Below, piece after piece: positions 42,977 to 53,186 of a stretch of DNA of 64,000 nt (positions within the stretch are counted from its first letter, which is position 1; each line of letters begins with the position of its first letter). The DNA lies in the NCBI GenBank assembly GCA_964383675.1, contig CAYLHX010000002.1:8505-72504 (forward strand), written 5' to 3'. This DNA is from an uncultured Candidatus Peribacteria bacterium. GTDB lineage: Bacteria > Patescibacteriota > Gracilibacteria > UBA1369 > LOWO2-01-FULL-3. Below the pieces are notes generated by a model. The model saw only the letters and a list, made by a program, of their open reading frames with translations, did not search any database and was not told the DNA's origin. The position numbers and the translations under genes were made by a program.

Positions 42977-44356
42977 ATGGCAAAAAATATTATTGAAAAA
43001 ATCTGGCGGGAGCATGTGGTGAAAGCTAAGAGGGGATATCCTGATATTTTAGCCATAGATTTGCATTTAATTCACGAGGTGACTTCTCCGCAGGCTTTTG
43101 ATTTGTTACGAGAGCGGGGGTTGGAAGTCCATGATGTTTCCAGATGCGTTGCCACTTTGGATCATAACATTTCTACGAGCTTGAATCGTCTTATTGATAC
43201 CAATCCTACTTCAAAAAATCAGATTGAAGCTTTGCGTAAAAACTGTAGAGATTTTGGTGTACAGCTTTTAGATATGGAAAGCGGCAGGCAGGGAATTGTG
43301 CATGTGATTGGTCCGGAATTGGGATTAACACAGCCGGGTATGACCATTGTTTGCGGTGATAGCCATACCTCTACTCACGGAGCTTTTGGGGCTTTGGCTT
43401 TTGGAATCGGGACTACGGAAGTGGGTCATGTTTTGGCCACCGGTTGTATGTTGCAGAATAAACCGAAGACTATGAAGGTTGTATTTCATGGCAAGAGATC
43501 TAAAGGCGTAACTGCTAAAGATTTGATTTTGAAGTTGATTGCCGAGATTGGAGTGGCCGGAGGAGCGGGTTATGTAATTGAATATACCGGTGAGTCTATT
43601 TCTGCTCTGACCATGGAGGAAAGAATGACGATTTGTAATATGAGTATTGAATGTGGGGCGCGCGCCGGGCTTATTGCGCCCGATAAGGTGACTTTCGGGT
43701 ATATCCAGGGGCGGGCCTGTGCGCCGAAGGGGAGAGACTGGGCGCGCGCCCTTAAGTATTGGAATTCTTTAGCTAGTGATAAAGCGTCTAAATACGACAA
43801 AGTTGTGGAGATAGATATAACGAATATGTCACCCATGGTTACCTGGGGTATTAATCCCGGTCAGGCGATTGGGATAGATGATTTTGTTCCAAAAATTATT
43901 GATGATTCAATAAGGAAAGCTTTAGAGTACGTGAAATTGCGAGATGGTGAGAAAATTGAGGGTACGAAAATAGATTATGTTTTTATCGGTTCCTGCACCA
44001 ATGCTCGCATCTCTGATTTACGCCAGGCGGCAGAGATCTTTAAGGATAAGAAAGTTGCTGAGGGTGTGAGAGCCTATGTTGTTCCGGGTTCTGAGCAGGT
44101 AAAAATGATGGCGGTCGCCGAGGGATTGGATCAGGTGTTTATTGAGGCCGGTGCGGAGTTTAGAAACCCCGGCTGCAGTATGTGTCTGGCTATGAATGAT
44201 GACAAAGTACCCGAAGGTAAAAGATGTGCCAGTACCAGTAATCGCAATTTTGTTGGTCGTCAGGGCAAGGGGTCAATAACTCATTTGATGAGCCCGATCA
44301 TGGCGGCGGCGGCGGCGATTACCGGTGAAATTACCGATGTGCGCAGGTTGCTGTGA
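42977..44356 (+). CDS. leuC: 3-isopropylmalate dehydratase large subunit
   Basis: Aconitase-family Fe-S ligand regions (VCGDSHT, GSCTNAR, GCSMCLAMN). ATG 42977 (MAKNIIEKIW) is preferred, because the listed upstream start at 42953 lies inside the terminator. Confidence 0.9.
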   Translation: MAKNIIEKIWREHVVKAKRGYPDILAIDLHLIHEVTSPQAFDLLRERGLEVHDVSRCVATLDHNISTSLNRLIDTNPTSKNQIEALRKNCRDFGVQLLDMESGRQGIVHVIGPELGLTQPGMTIVCGDSHTSTHGAFGALAFGIGTTEVGHVLATGCMLQNKPKTMKVVFHGKRSKGVTAKDLILKLIAEIGVAGGAGYVIEYTGESISALTMEERMTICNMSIECGARAGLIAPDKVTFGYIQGRACAPKGRDWARALKYWNSLASDKASKYDKVVEIDITNMSPMVTWGINPGQAIGIDDFVPKIIDDSIRKALEYVKLRDGEKIEGTKIDYVFIGSCTNARISDLRQAAEIFKDKKVAEGVRAYVVPGSEQVKMMAVAEGLDQVFIEAGAEFRNPGCSMCLAMNDDKVPEGKRCASTSNRNFVGRQGKGSITHLMSPIMAAAAAITGEITDVRRLL

Positions 44357-44422
44357 CGCCCAGCGTCATAATATTAATTCAAAAACAACCATTATTAATT
44401 AGAACTTAAATATTTAGAAATC

Positions 44423-45016
44423 ATGAAAATCATAAAATCAAAAATTATTTCCTTGAATCGTAAAGATATCGACACCGATTTAATTATTCCCGCCGACTTT
44501 TTAAAGATCACGACCAAAGATGGTTTGGGTAAGCATGTTTTTGAGCGTTTGAGATCAATGGATCCCGCTTTTCCCTTCAATTTGCCAAAATATCGGGGTG
44601 CAAAGATTTTGGTGACCGGAGAGAATTTTGGCTGTGGCAGTTCGCGTGAGCATGCCGCCTGGGCGCTTCGCGATTGGGGAATTCGCGTGGTCATTGCCCC
44701 CTCTTTTGCCGACATATTTTTTAACAATTCGATGAAGAATGGAATTTTGCCTATAAAACTTTCCACTGAAGTAATTGATAAAATTTTTAGTGAAGAGTTG
44801 GCCAGCGGTAATTATGTTATTGAGGTGGATTTGCCAAATCAGAGGGTCATTCTAAATGATGAGGAGGTTCATGAATTTCAGATCGATTCTTATCGCAAAG
44901 AATGTTTAATTAAAGAGATCGATGATATGGATTATTTGATCGATAATATCGATGCAATTAAGAAGTATGATAAGAAACATAGTCAGCATATATTTTTTGA
45001 TACCACCAAAATATGA
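44423..45016 (+). CDS. leuD: 3-isopropylmalate dehydratase small subunit
   Basis: GENFGCGSSREHA swivel-domain motif. Adjacent to leuC. Confidence 0.9.
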   Translation: MKIIKSKIISLNRKDIDTDLIIPADFLKITTKDGLGKHVFERLRSMDPAFPFNLPKYRGAKILVTGENFGCGSSREHAAWALRDWGIRVVIAPSFADIFFNNSMKNGILPIKLSTEVIDKIFSEELASGNYVIEVDLPNQRVILNDEEVHEFQIDSYRKECLIKEIDDMDYLIDNIDAIKKYDKKHSQHIFFDTTKI

Positions 45017-46083
45017 AAAAAAAGATAGCGGTTTTGGCCGGTGATGGCATTGGTCCCGAAATTATGGAAGAGGCGGTGAAGGTGCTTTCGGCGGTGGAAG
45101 AGAAATTTGGTCATCAATTTGAATTTACCAATGCCTTGATTGGTGGAGCGGCCTTCGAGCAGGATGGCGAGCATTTTCCTGAAAGTACCAAAAATATCTG
45201 TCGTGAATCCGATGCTATTTTATTCGGTTCGGTTGGTGGCCCTATCGATAAGCAAATGGAGGCTAAGTGGAAGGATTGTGAAACCAATGCACTGCTTGGA
45301 ATTCGTAAATATTTCCATTTCAATATTAATTTACGTCCAGTAAAAATTTATGAATCTTTGAATGATATAGGTGTTTTACGTGAAGAGATTGTTGAAAGGG
45401 GAATTGATATTATGTGCGTTCGCGAACTTTCGGGCGGAATCTATTTTGGCGAGCATCGTACAGAGGGAAATAAGGCTTTTGATGTAATGGAATACGATGA
45501 ACCTACTATTCGCAATGTAGCGGAAATCGCTTTTCAGACTGCCATGAAGCGCAGAAAGAAAGTTACTTCGGTTGATAAGGCCAATGTTTTGGACTGTAGT
45601 AAACTTTGGCGTAAAGTTGTGACAGAGGTGGCGGAAAAATATCCCAAGTGTGAACTTACACATATTTTGGTGGATAATTGTGCGATGCAGGTTTTGAAAA
45701 GACCTTATGATTTTGATGTATTACTGATGCCAAATATGTTTGGAGATATTATCTCCGATGAGATCAGTGTTTTTGCTGGTTCGCTGGGAATGCTGCCATC
45801 GGCTTCATTGAATACTGAAGGTTTCGGGATGTATGAACCTTCCGGTGGAAGTGCTCAAGATATTGCCGGTAAGGAGCTGGCTAATCCGATAGGCCAGATT
45901 TTGTCGGCGGCGATGATGTTGAAATACTCTTTTGCTATGAACGAAGAGCATGATGCGATTGTGAATGCCGTGGGAAAAGCTTTGTGGGACGGTTACCGAA
46001 CGGCCGATATCGCAGGCAAAGGTACTTTTGTTTCAACTACAGCCATGGGGGATGAAATAGCTCAAATAATTAACCATAAATAA
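45013..46083 (+). CDS. leuB: 3-isopropylmalate dehydrogenase
   Basis: IAVLAGDGIGPEI N-terminus, plus the NMFGDIISDE and GSLGMLPSAS motifs. Confidence 0.9.
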   Translation: MKKKIAVLAGDGIGPEIMEEAVKVLSAVEEKFGHQFEFTNALIGGAAFEQDGEHFPESTKNICRESDAILFGSVGGPIDKQMEAKWKDCETNALLGIRKYFHFNINLRPVKIYESLNDIGVLREEIVERGIDIMCVRELSGGIYFGEHRTEGNKAFDVMEYDEPTIRNVAEIAFQTAMKRRKKVTSVDKANVLDCSKLWRKVVTEVAEKYPKCELTHILVDNCAMQVLKRPYDFDVLLMPNMFGDIISDEISVFAGSLGMLPSASLNTEGFGMYEPSGGSAQDIAGKELANPIGQILSAAMMLKYSFAMNEEHDAIVNAVGKALWDGYRTADIAGKGTFVSTTAMGDEIAQIINHK

Positions 46084-47015
46084 TGAAAGAAAGAGTAAAA
46101 ACAATGATGTCCAAGGCTTATTTTAAGGGCCAGATTCAGGATTCTGAACAGTCCAAGGTGAGTATTGCCAGTCATAGTCTGCAATATGGCACAACCGTCT
46201 TCGGTGGTATGCGCGGTTATTTGCGTGAAGGTAAGGCCAGGATGTTTAGAATTGATGACCATTTTGAACGTTTGATAAATGCCGCGAAAATTTTCGGTAT
46301 GGATTTTAAAATGGAGTTTTCAGAGTTTCAAAAAATTGTTGCCGATTTGGTTGCAGCCAATTCTCCTAAAACCGATTTTTACATTCGCCCTTTTATTTAT
46401 AGCGATGATGAGGTTTTAACACCGCGCTTTAACGATATTAACTTTGATATCGCGCTTTATATGATTCCTTTGGGTGACTATTTGGACACTTCTCGTGGAA
46501 TGCGACTGATGGTTTCCAGTTGGAAGAAGTTTTCCGACGCGGCGATTTCAACAAAGGCCAAGGCCGGTGGTTCTTATTTGAATTCGTCTTTGGCACGAAC
46601 CGAAGCAATGCGTTGCGGCTATGATGAGGCTTTGGTTATGGATGATAATTGGAATATCGTTGAGGGCAGTGCCGAGAATTTATTGGTGGTCTACCGTGGT
46701 GATGTGATTGTCCCGGCCACTGGTAGTGCCATGTTGGAGGGGGTTACTTTACGTACCGCAATAGAGCTTTTGGAGGATCGTGGAATTAAGGTGCGCTTTG
46801 AAAAGATTGATCGATCGATGATTTATACCTGTGATGAGTTGCTCTTAACCGGTACCGGGGCGCAGATTTTGTTTGCCGAATCGGTGGATGAGCGTTTGAT
46901 GGGTAAAGATGGAAAGATGGGCAAAATTTGTGAGATGTTGCGACAGGATTATGATGATTTAATTAATCGGAGGCATCCGAAAAGTGCAAAATGGATAACC
47001 GAATTTGAAATTTAA
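46083..47015 (+). CDS. ilvE: Branched-chain amino acid aminotransferase (class IV)
   Basis: Carries EGSAENLLVV...LEGVTLRTAIELL and the KAKAGGSYLNS segment. Its start overlaps the leuB stop. Confidence 0.85.
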   Translation: MKERVKTMMSKAYFKGQIQDSEQSKVSIASHSLQYGTTVFGGMRGYLREGKARMFRIDDHFERLINAAKIFGMDFKMEFSEFQKIVADLVAANSPKTDFYIRPFIYSDDEVLTPRFNDINFDIALYMIPLGDYLDTSRGMRLMVSSWKKFSDAAISTKAKAGGSYLNSSLARTEAMRCGYDEALVMDDNWNIVEGSAENLLVVYRGDVIVPATGSAMLEGVTLRTAIELLEDRGIKVRFEKIDRSMIYTCDELLLTGTGAQILFAESVDERLMGKDGKMGKICEMLRQDYDDLINRRHPKSAKWITEFEI

Positions 47016-47034
47016 TAATCCGTAACTACGAAAA

Positions 47035-48570
47035 ATGATTAAAATATTTGATACAACTTTGCGTGATGGCGAACAGTCTCCGGGATTTTCTATGAATCTG
47101 AAGGAAAAATTAATGATGGCAAAGCAACTCGAGAAGCTTGGAGTTGACGTGATCGAGGCGGGTTTCGCAAATGCATCGCCGGAGGATTTTGAATCGGTGC
47201 GTCAAATTGGTCAACTTTGCAGTAAGACAGAGGTTTGCGGTTTGGCGCGTTGTCATGAACAGGATATTGAGCGAACGATTCAGGCACTTGATGGGGCCGC
47301 AAATCCACGTATTCATGTTTTTATTGCTACCAGTGATATTCATTTGGAGCATAAATTGAAAATTTCTAGGGATGAGGCTGTCAAAAAAGCAATCATGGGG
47401 GTAAAAATGGCAAAAGAATTTACTGAGATGGTGGATTTTTCACCGGAAGACGCTACTCGTTCCGATCGTGATTTTTTGGTGGAGATCTTAACCGAAGCTA
47501 TTAAAGCTGGAGCCGATACTTTAAACATACCTGATACGGTAGGCTATAGTACGCCGGAAGATTTTGGAGATCTGATCAAGTTTTTAATGGAAAATGTTCC
47601 GGGGATTGAAAACGTCATAGTTTCAACTCACTGTCATGATGATTTGGGATTGGCGGTGGCCAACAGTTTGGCCGGGGTTAGAAATGGTGCTCGTCAAATT
47701 GAATGTACGATCAACGGTATTGGTGAGCGAGCGGGAAATGCTTCTTTGGAGGAGATAGTGATGGCCATAAAAACTCGTCCCGATGTTTTTCCACAGGGAA
47801 CCGGTATTGATAGTAGGCAGATTTTGGCAACCAGTAAGTTGTTGTCGCAAATTACCGGCCAGGAAGTGCAGGCAAACAAGGCTATTGTTGGCAAAAATGC
47901 CTTTGCGCATGAGGCGGGGATTCATCAGCATGGTGTTTTGGCCAATCGCTTGACTTATGAAATTATGAAACCGGAAGATGTTGGGTATAGTTCGAATCAA
48001 TTGGTTTTGGGTAAGCATTCCGGCAGAAACGCTTTGGCTGATCGCTTAAAATATTTGGGGATTGAGCTTGATCAACAGCAATTGGATGAAGTTTTTGCCA
48101 AGTTTAAATCATTGGCGGATAAAAAAAAGAATGTTTATGATGAGGATTTAATTATGCTGTCCACTCATGGAGATAATGATATGAAGTACGAATTGGCGAA
48201 TGCTCGAATTTTTTCAGAGCAAAATAAGTTGGCGAAAGCCGAGATTGTCATGCGAGTTGGTAAAGATTTGCTAGAGAGCCAGGGGATGGGGGATGGTCCG
48301 GTAGATGCTTTGTATTCCGCTATTGTTCAAGCTGCTAACCTTGAAGGGAAGTTGTTGGAATTTAAAATCAACGCGCTTACACCAGATCGTGAGGCCGTGG
48401 GAGTGGTGAATATTCGCTGGGAAGAAGCTGGCAAGGTGTGGCACGGTCACGGTGTGGACACCGATATTGTGATTGCGGCCGGTAAAGCTCTGATTGATGT
48501 TATCAACCGTATGGAGGTGAGAAGAGTTTATGAGGAAGAACTTGCGGTTAAGCATATTGCCATAGGCTGA
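47035..48570 (+). CDS. leuA: 2-isopropylmalate synthase
   Basis: IFDTTLRDGEQSPG, HCHDDLGLAVANSL and the C-terminal LeuA dimerisation/regulatory domain. 511 aa. Confidence 0.9.
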   Translation: MIKIFDTTLRDGEQSPGFSMNLKEKLMMAKQLEKLGVDVIEAGFANASPEDFESVRQIGQLCSKTEVCGLARCHEQDIERTIQALDGAANPRIHVFIATSDIHLEHKLKISRDEAVKKAIMGVKMAKEFTEMVDFSPEDATRSDRDFLVEILTEAIKAGADTLNIPDTVGYSTPEDFGDLIKFLMENVPGIENVIVSTHCHDDLGLAVANSLAGVRNGARQIECTINGIGERAGNASLEEIVMAIKTRPDVFPQGTGIDSRQILATSKLLSQITGQEVQANKAIVGKNAFAHEAGIHQHGVLANRLTYEIMKPEDVGYSSNQLVLGKHSGRNALADRLKYLGIELDQQQLDEVFAKFKSLADKKKNVYDEDLIMLSTHGDNDMKYELANARIFSEQNKLAKAEIVMRVGKDLLESQGMGDGPVDALYSAIVQAANLEGKLLEFKINALTPDREAVGVVNIRWEEAGKVWHGHGVDTDIVIAAGKALIDVINRMEVRRVYEEELAVKHIAIG

Positions 48571-48607
48571 CTGTTTTGATAGAGTTTCCTCAGATAAAAC
48601 AATTTTT

Positions 48608-49159
48608 ATGGTACTCTTGGAATCTATTAATATACCGCTTGGCACTGTCGCTTCGGATTTTTCTTTGCAGGCTACCGATGGTAAAGAATATAGTCTGGTA
48701 AGTTTTAATGATGCCAAAGTGTTGGTGGTTGTTTTTATGTGCAACCACTGTCCTTATGTTCAGGCGGTGTGGGACAGGCTGGTCGTTTTACAGGATAAAT
48801 TTGGTAATGATAATGTTCAGTTTGTAGGCATAAATCCTAATCTTCACCCCGATTATCCTGAAGAGGATATGGAGAAAATGAAGGAGTACTTTGAGCGTTA
48901 TTCTATGAACTTTCCTTATCTTTTGGACGAGACACAGGAGGTGGCGAGGAATTATCAGGCGCAGTGTACGCCGGATATTTTCGTCTATAATGAACAGAGA
49001 AAATTGGCTTATCACGGTAGGATAGATGATAATTGGAAAGACCCTGAAAATGTGCAGAGAGAGGAGTTGTCTGATGCCATTGAGGCTATGCTTGACGGAG
49101 GGGCACCCTCTGCAGATCAAAAGCCGGCCCTGGGGTGTTCAATTAAGTGGAGAAATTAA
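48608..49159 (+). CDS. Thioredoxin-fold thiol-disulfide oxidoreductase (AhpC/TSA-redoxin like)
   Basis: CNHCPYV CxxC motif in a redoxin-like context (VLVVVFMCNHCPYVQAV). Confidence 0.7.
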   Translation: MVLLESINIPLGTVASDFSLQATDGKEYSLVSFNDAKVLVVVFMCNHCPYVQAVWDRLVVLQDKFGNDNVQFVGINPNLHPDYPEEDMEKMKEYFERYSMNFPYLLDETQEVARNYQAQCTPDIFVYNEQRKLAYHGRIDDNWKDPENVQREELSDAIEAMLDGGAPSADQKPALGCSIKWRN

Positions 49160-50547
49160 TCTTCATCTTTATCCGGACAGATAGTGCTGTTTGCGTTTAA
49201 GAGATCGCAGTTTCCGCTTTGGTTTACCGTGATGATTTTGCCGGTTGCGTCCAGATTGAAAACTTTCCAGATTGCTTCATCGTTTTCAGGTGGATAAAAG
49301 ATTTTTGCCAGACCGTTTTTGTCGTAAATTTCCACTCTGGCATCGGCTTCGTGAAAGCTTTCTTCACCGGCATAGTTATGCACAAAATATTCATATTCTC
49401 CATCGGATAGTTCCTTGATCGTGATGGTTTCAGTGCCGTTGGCAGTAGTTGAGTCTAGATCCAGCAAGATGCTTAAATTTGAGTTGATTCGATGCATGAA
49501 GAAAATCTCTTCCTCGTCAGGTGTGAGTAGATGGGCATCCAGGTCAATATCGCTGGGGCCCCAGGTTAAGACAATGCGTAGATCTTCCGGATTTATGGTG
49601 GTGAATTTCTGGCTTAAAGCGATATGGGATTCAGTCTCGATTTGATTTAAGGGAATTTTGAGGTCGTAGTAGTTTTCTTTGGAAAAGATTAGATAGTCGT
49701 TTTTGGAGCCGCTGGAATTTAAGGTAAAATTGCCATCGACATCACTGGTGGTGTGACTGATGTAATCACCGGTTTGATCATAGTGAGTAATAGTTGTATC
49801 TGCCAGCACTTTACTGCTGGTGGCATTGGTTATTATGCCTGTGAGATATACTGCCTGCACCCCCTTGTCGTCTACACTTTCGACAAGGCTTGGTATATTA
49901 AAGTTTTGAATAATAAGAGTGTTTACTTCACTGTCGAACTTTTCTTTCTCAAGTTCTTTTATTGCCAGTAGACGGTACAAGGTTTCCGCAATGCTGCCGC
50001 GGGTTATGTTGCTGGAAGGATAGTATTTGCCCCCGGAATCCGGTAATAGATTTCTCATTTTTGCATATTGCAGATATGGTGCATACCATTCGTATTTTGG
50101 AGTGTCGGTAAAAATTGTTTGGTTTTCGGCTTCGCTTAAATCCCATTGATGAATCTCGCCCAACATTTTTAGAGCTTCAACCTTATTTACGCTTTGTTCG
50201 GGCTTGAAGGTGCCATCGGGATAACCCTGGACATACCCAAGCTCTTTGGCACTACAGACATATTTTGCGTACCATTCGGTGTATGGAACATCGGGGAAGC
50301 AGTTGGTTTTAGGTATGCTTAACTGTTCCTCCTGGCCACTCATCAAGATTTTCAATAGTTCGGCGCGGTTGATGTCTTTAAAAGGGCCGAAGCTGCCATC
50401 GGGGTAGCCGTTGATGATCTCATTTTGAGATAGATAGCTTATGGCAACAAAATAGGGACTGCTTTGGTCTATGTCGGAAAAAGATTTGGCAGCTGCAGGT
50501 GAAGTTAAAACAAGCAGAGTTGTGAGAAGAATGAGGGGTTTCTTCAT
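49156..50547 (-). CDS. Secreted SLH-domain protein with a C-terminal beta-rich domain
   Basis: Signal peptide, then three SLH repeats (FSDIDQSSPYFVAISYLSQNEIINGYPDGSFGPF...; FPDVPYTEWYAKYVCSAKELGYVQGYPDGTFKPE...; FTDTPKYEWYAPYLQYAKMRNLL). The C-terminus has VLTWGPSDIDLDAHLLTP, resembling the TW..DLDLH pattern of YfaP-like domains. Its stop overlaps the convergent redoxin gene by 4 nt. Confidence 0.7.
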   Translation of the reverse strand: MKKPLILLTTLLVLTSPAAAKSFSDIDQSSPYFVAISYLSQNEIINGYPDGSFGPFKDINRAELLKILMSGQEEQLSIPKTNCFPDVPYTEWYAKYVCSAKELGYVQGYPDGTFKPEQSVNKVEALKMLGEIHQWDLSEAENQTIFTDTPKYEWYAPYLQYAKMRNLLPDSGGKYYPSSNITRGSIAETLYRLLAIKELEKEKFDSEVNTLIIQNFNIPSLVESVDDKGVQAVYLTGIITNATSSKVLADTTITHYDQTGDYISHTTSDVDGNFTLNSSGSKNDYLIFSKENYYDLKIPLNQIETESHIALSQKFTTINPEDLRIVLTWGPSDIDLDAHLLTPDEEEIFFMHRINSNLSILLDLDSTTANGTETITIKELSDGEYEYFVHNYAGEESFHEADARVEIYDKNGLAKIFYPPENDEAIWKVFNLDATGKIITVNQSGNCDLLNANSTICPDKDED

Positions 50548-50554
50548 ACTTTCT

Positions 50555-51187
50555 TTATTTTGAGTCGCTGAGTGCGATTTTTATCCCTAAGGCAATCAAA
50601 ACCGCCCCCATGGTCCTTTCAATATGATGTTGAACTTTTACAAAGCGTGTTTTTATGATTTGGTGTGACAGTCCCGTTGCCAAGAAAGCAAACCATACAA
50701 AGGTCATGAAGACCATTTCCACCCCATATATCAATTGTATAGCCACGGGGGTCGCGGGATTTATAACTTGGGTAAAAACACTTAAAAAGAAAACTGTCGC
50801 CTTGGGGTTTAAGGCATTGGTTAAAAATCCACTTTTGATGGCTTCCATTCTGCTTAGATCTTTGTTTTTTTCTGAGATCTTTTGTAGATTTTGCGAATTC
50901 GGTTTCGCGCGTAGCGATTTGTAGCCGATATATATAAGGTAGGTTGCACCCAGCATTTTTATTGCCGAGAAGAGCAAAATTGACTGTGAGATGATCAGCC
51001 CGATTCCGATTAAACAGTAGGCGATGTGCACGGTGATGCCCAGAGCTATTCCCAAGGCTGAATAGATCCCGGTTTTACGTGAGTAGGCCAGGCTATTTCT
51101 GGTGATTAAGGCGAAGTCCGGGCCGGGACTCATTACTCCTAAAAGGTGTATAATAGCTACAGTGATAAATTCGCTTAAGTATTCCAT
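50555..51187 (-). CDS. LysE/RhtB family amino-acid exporter
   Basis: MEYLSEFITVAIIHLLGVMSPGPDFAL is the typical LysE N-terminus, and the protein has about 6 TM segments. The listed GTG start at 51259 adds an unlikely 24 aa. Confidence 0.75.
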   Translation of the reverse strand: MEYLSEFITVAIIHLLGVMSPGPDFALITRNSLAYSRKTGIYSALGIALGITVHIAYCLIGIGLIISQSILLFSAIKMLGATYLIYIGYKSLRAKPNSQNLQKISEKNKDLSRMEAIKSGFLTNALNPKATVFFLSVFTQVINPATPVAIQLIYGVEMVFMTFVWFAFLATGLSHQIIKTRFVKVQHHIERTMGAVLIALGIKIALSDSK

Positions 51188-51259
51188 AAAATGATGTTTT
51201 ACTTGTTCATGGTATAATGAAATGTTACAAATGTCCAACAAGTTCGTATACCATAACAC

Positions 51260-51961
51260 ATGGTTATGAAAACAGTTAAAATACTAGGAAGAGAAGTTCA
51301 GGTTAATCTGCGTACAGATGCGGATAAATCTGTCTTTGAAGAGATTCTGGTCGATCGTGATTACAAGATTCTTGATGAAATAATCGGGAATGCTAAGCAT
51401 GCCATTTTGGATTTGGGAGCGCATATAGGCCTATTCTCCATTTATGTAGATCTTTTGAACACTACCGTTCCACTTTTTGCTTTCGAGCCCGAGCAGGAGA
51501 ATTATGCTTTGATGAAAGAAAATTTAAAACTCAATCACGTGAAAAATGTGACCACAAAGAATGTAGCTGTGGTGGGTGATGGAAGTAAACCTACGAGGGA
51601 TTTGCATATAAGCTATGACTCGCATAATCATTCTTTGTTTAATCTGGAAAATTCTACTGTTGTACAGCGGGTCTCAGCTATCAGTGTGAAGGAGATTTTT
51701 GACAGAATTTTAGGAAGGGCCAAAATTGAATTTTGTGATTTGGTGAAGATGGATCTGGAAGGGGGGGAATTTGAAATCATTAAATCCATGCCTAGGGAAG
51801 TGTTTAAAAAAATCGGGGCGTTTTATATGGAGTATCACGAATATTTTCCGGAATTTAAGGCCGATCATTTAAAAAGAATCTTTGAAGAAAATGGTTTTAA
51901 GGTGGTTAAAAAGCCTTCCCATTACGACTTCCGAATGGGCTTTATCTTTGCCAGCAGATAA
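51260..51961 (+). CDS. FkbM-family SAM-dependent methyltransferase
   Basis: ILDLGAHIGLFS (SAM motif I variant) and FAFEPEQENYALMKENL are typical of the FkbM family. Confidence 0.7.
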   Translation: MVMKTVKILGREVQVNLRTDADKSVFEEILVDRDYKILDEIIGNAKHAILDLGAHIGLFSIYVDLLNTTVPLFAFEPEQENYALMKENLKLNHVKNVTTKNVAVVGDGSKPTRDLHISYDSHNHSLFNLENSTVVQRVSAISVKEIFDRILGRAKIEFCDLVKMDLEGGEFEIIKSMPREVFKKIGAFYMEYHEYFPEFKADHLKRIFEENGFKVVKKPSHYDFRMGFIFASR

Positions 51962-52070
51962 AGTATGATCCCTGTAAAAAATTTTTAGAGAAGAAGTAGA
52001 TCGTATCGCTAATGCTTGACATATTGTACTTAGTATGTTTTAATATTTGACTTATTTTAAAAACATATAA

Positions 52071-53186
52071 ATGGCCTTAGAAATTGCACATACGGTTTTG
52101 ACCCAGCTTGAGGGAGAAAGAAGAGTTGATACTGATAAGGAAAGATTGTTGGCTGCCACTATGGAGGCCATATCTACTATTTGTGATCAATTTGATGCCT
52201 TTGTCGAAGGTGTAAGAGGTGATTTGGCCCGAGCGCTTGGTGGTAGAAAAATTTTAGTTGTGGATGCCGCTTTCAACGTCCCTTATCGTGGTATGCAGCG
52301 AACTCTTGACGCTCTGCAGCAAAGCGGTTACGGACCGGTCGCTCAACTAGTGATACAAAAATTATTTGGAGGGCAGTTGCCTCAAACAACAACAGGTCTT
52401 TTTCAGAGTTTGTTGGGGGCCGAGGTGTCTTTGTCTCATTTAGGATTGGGGCGTACTCGAGAGGTGACACATGGGAATGTTGGTGCTATTCTGTTTTCCG
52501 GTTCGCCGGCTTGTTTTAGCCGTCTTCCGCTTGGGAGGAGCTCTGTGGTTGATGATGTGACCGGAATGACCGATTTTGATGTTTATAATGAAGAAAGAGA
52601 TATTTATTTGGATGGCAAAGGGAGTGGTCTACCGGCCGTGGGAGTGTGCGGAGGACATCAACTTTTGACCTTGATGAATATGGGGAGGGTTGTGCCCTTG
52701 GATCAGCCGCGTAAAGGGTATGAACCGTTAAGGATATGTCATGATAGAAAAAAAGCGGTGCGAACGGTGATAGGAGACAATGATCACACAGATGTTCGAG
52801 TTTATGTGGCTCATGGTGATGAGGTTGTATTGGATGAAAGCCGCAGTATACCATTTGCTTTTGCCGATATCGCTTCTGATAAAGCTGTTGTTCATGGTGC
52901 AATACACAGCCCCGTGGCTAACTTGGATAGTGATCATTTCGCCAATGCCGACAGGTTGAATGGTGCTTTAGATGAAGGTTTTGCTTTGGATCTTGGTGTT
53001 CAAGGGCATCCCGAGCAGACTTTGTTTTATTTGTTGGTGAAAATTGTCGATCAGTTAAATAGTGGAAGTAGCCTGGATACTTTGAAGATTGGAGAAAAAT
53101 TCACTTTGATGAAAAAATATTTGCAGTGGCTTAATGAGTTTTTCAGAGCTCATAAAATGTATCGTGTGCCTGTGGGGCATGCCTAG
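52071..53186 (+). CDS. Class I glutamine amidotransferase-like protein with ~55-aa N-terminal extension and insertions
   Basis: KILVVD, ILFSGSP, nucleophile elbow AVGVCGGHQLL, AHGDEV and the His-Glu pair in GVQGHPE. This is the order expected for a GATase1 (GuaA/PabA-type) domain. Confidence 0.55.
   Translation: MALEIAHTVLTQLEGERRVDTDKERLLAATMEAISTICDQFDAFVEGVRGDLARALGGRKILVVDAAFNVPYRGMQRTLDALQQSGYGPVAQLVIQKLFGGQLPQTTTGLFQSLLGAEVSLSHLGLGRTREVTHGNVGAILFSGSPACFSRLPLGRSSVVDDVTGMTDFDVYNEERDIYLDGKGSGLPAVGVCGGHQLLTLMNMGRVVPLDQPRKGYEPLRICHDRKKAVRTVIGDNDHTDVRVYVAHGDEVVLDESRSIPFAFADIASDKAVVHGAIHSPVANLDSDHFANADRLNGALDEGFALDLGVQGHPEQTLFYLLVKIVDQLNSGSSLDTLKIGEKFTLMKKYLQWLNEFFRAHKMYRVPVGHA

Noticed and set aside
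42788-43056. Minus-strand ORFs 42788-43015 and 42853-43056 covering the leu leader region.
   Set aside because: They span the attenuator and the leuC start and have no recognisable features. The plus-strand leader peptide plus terminator explains the region better.
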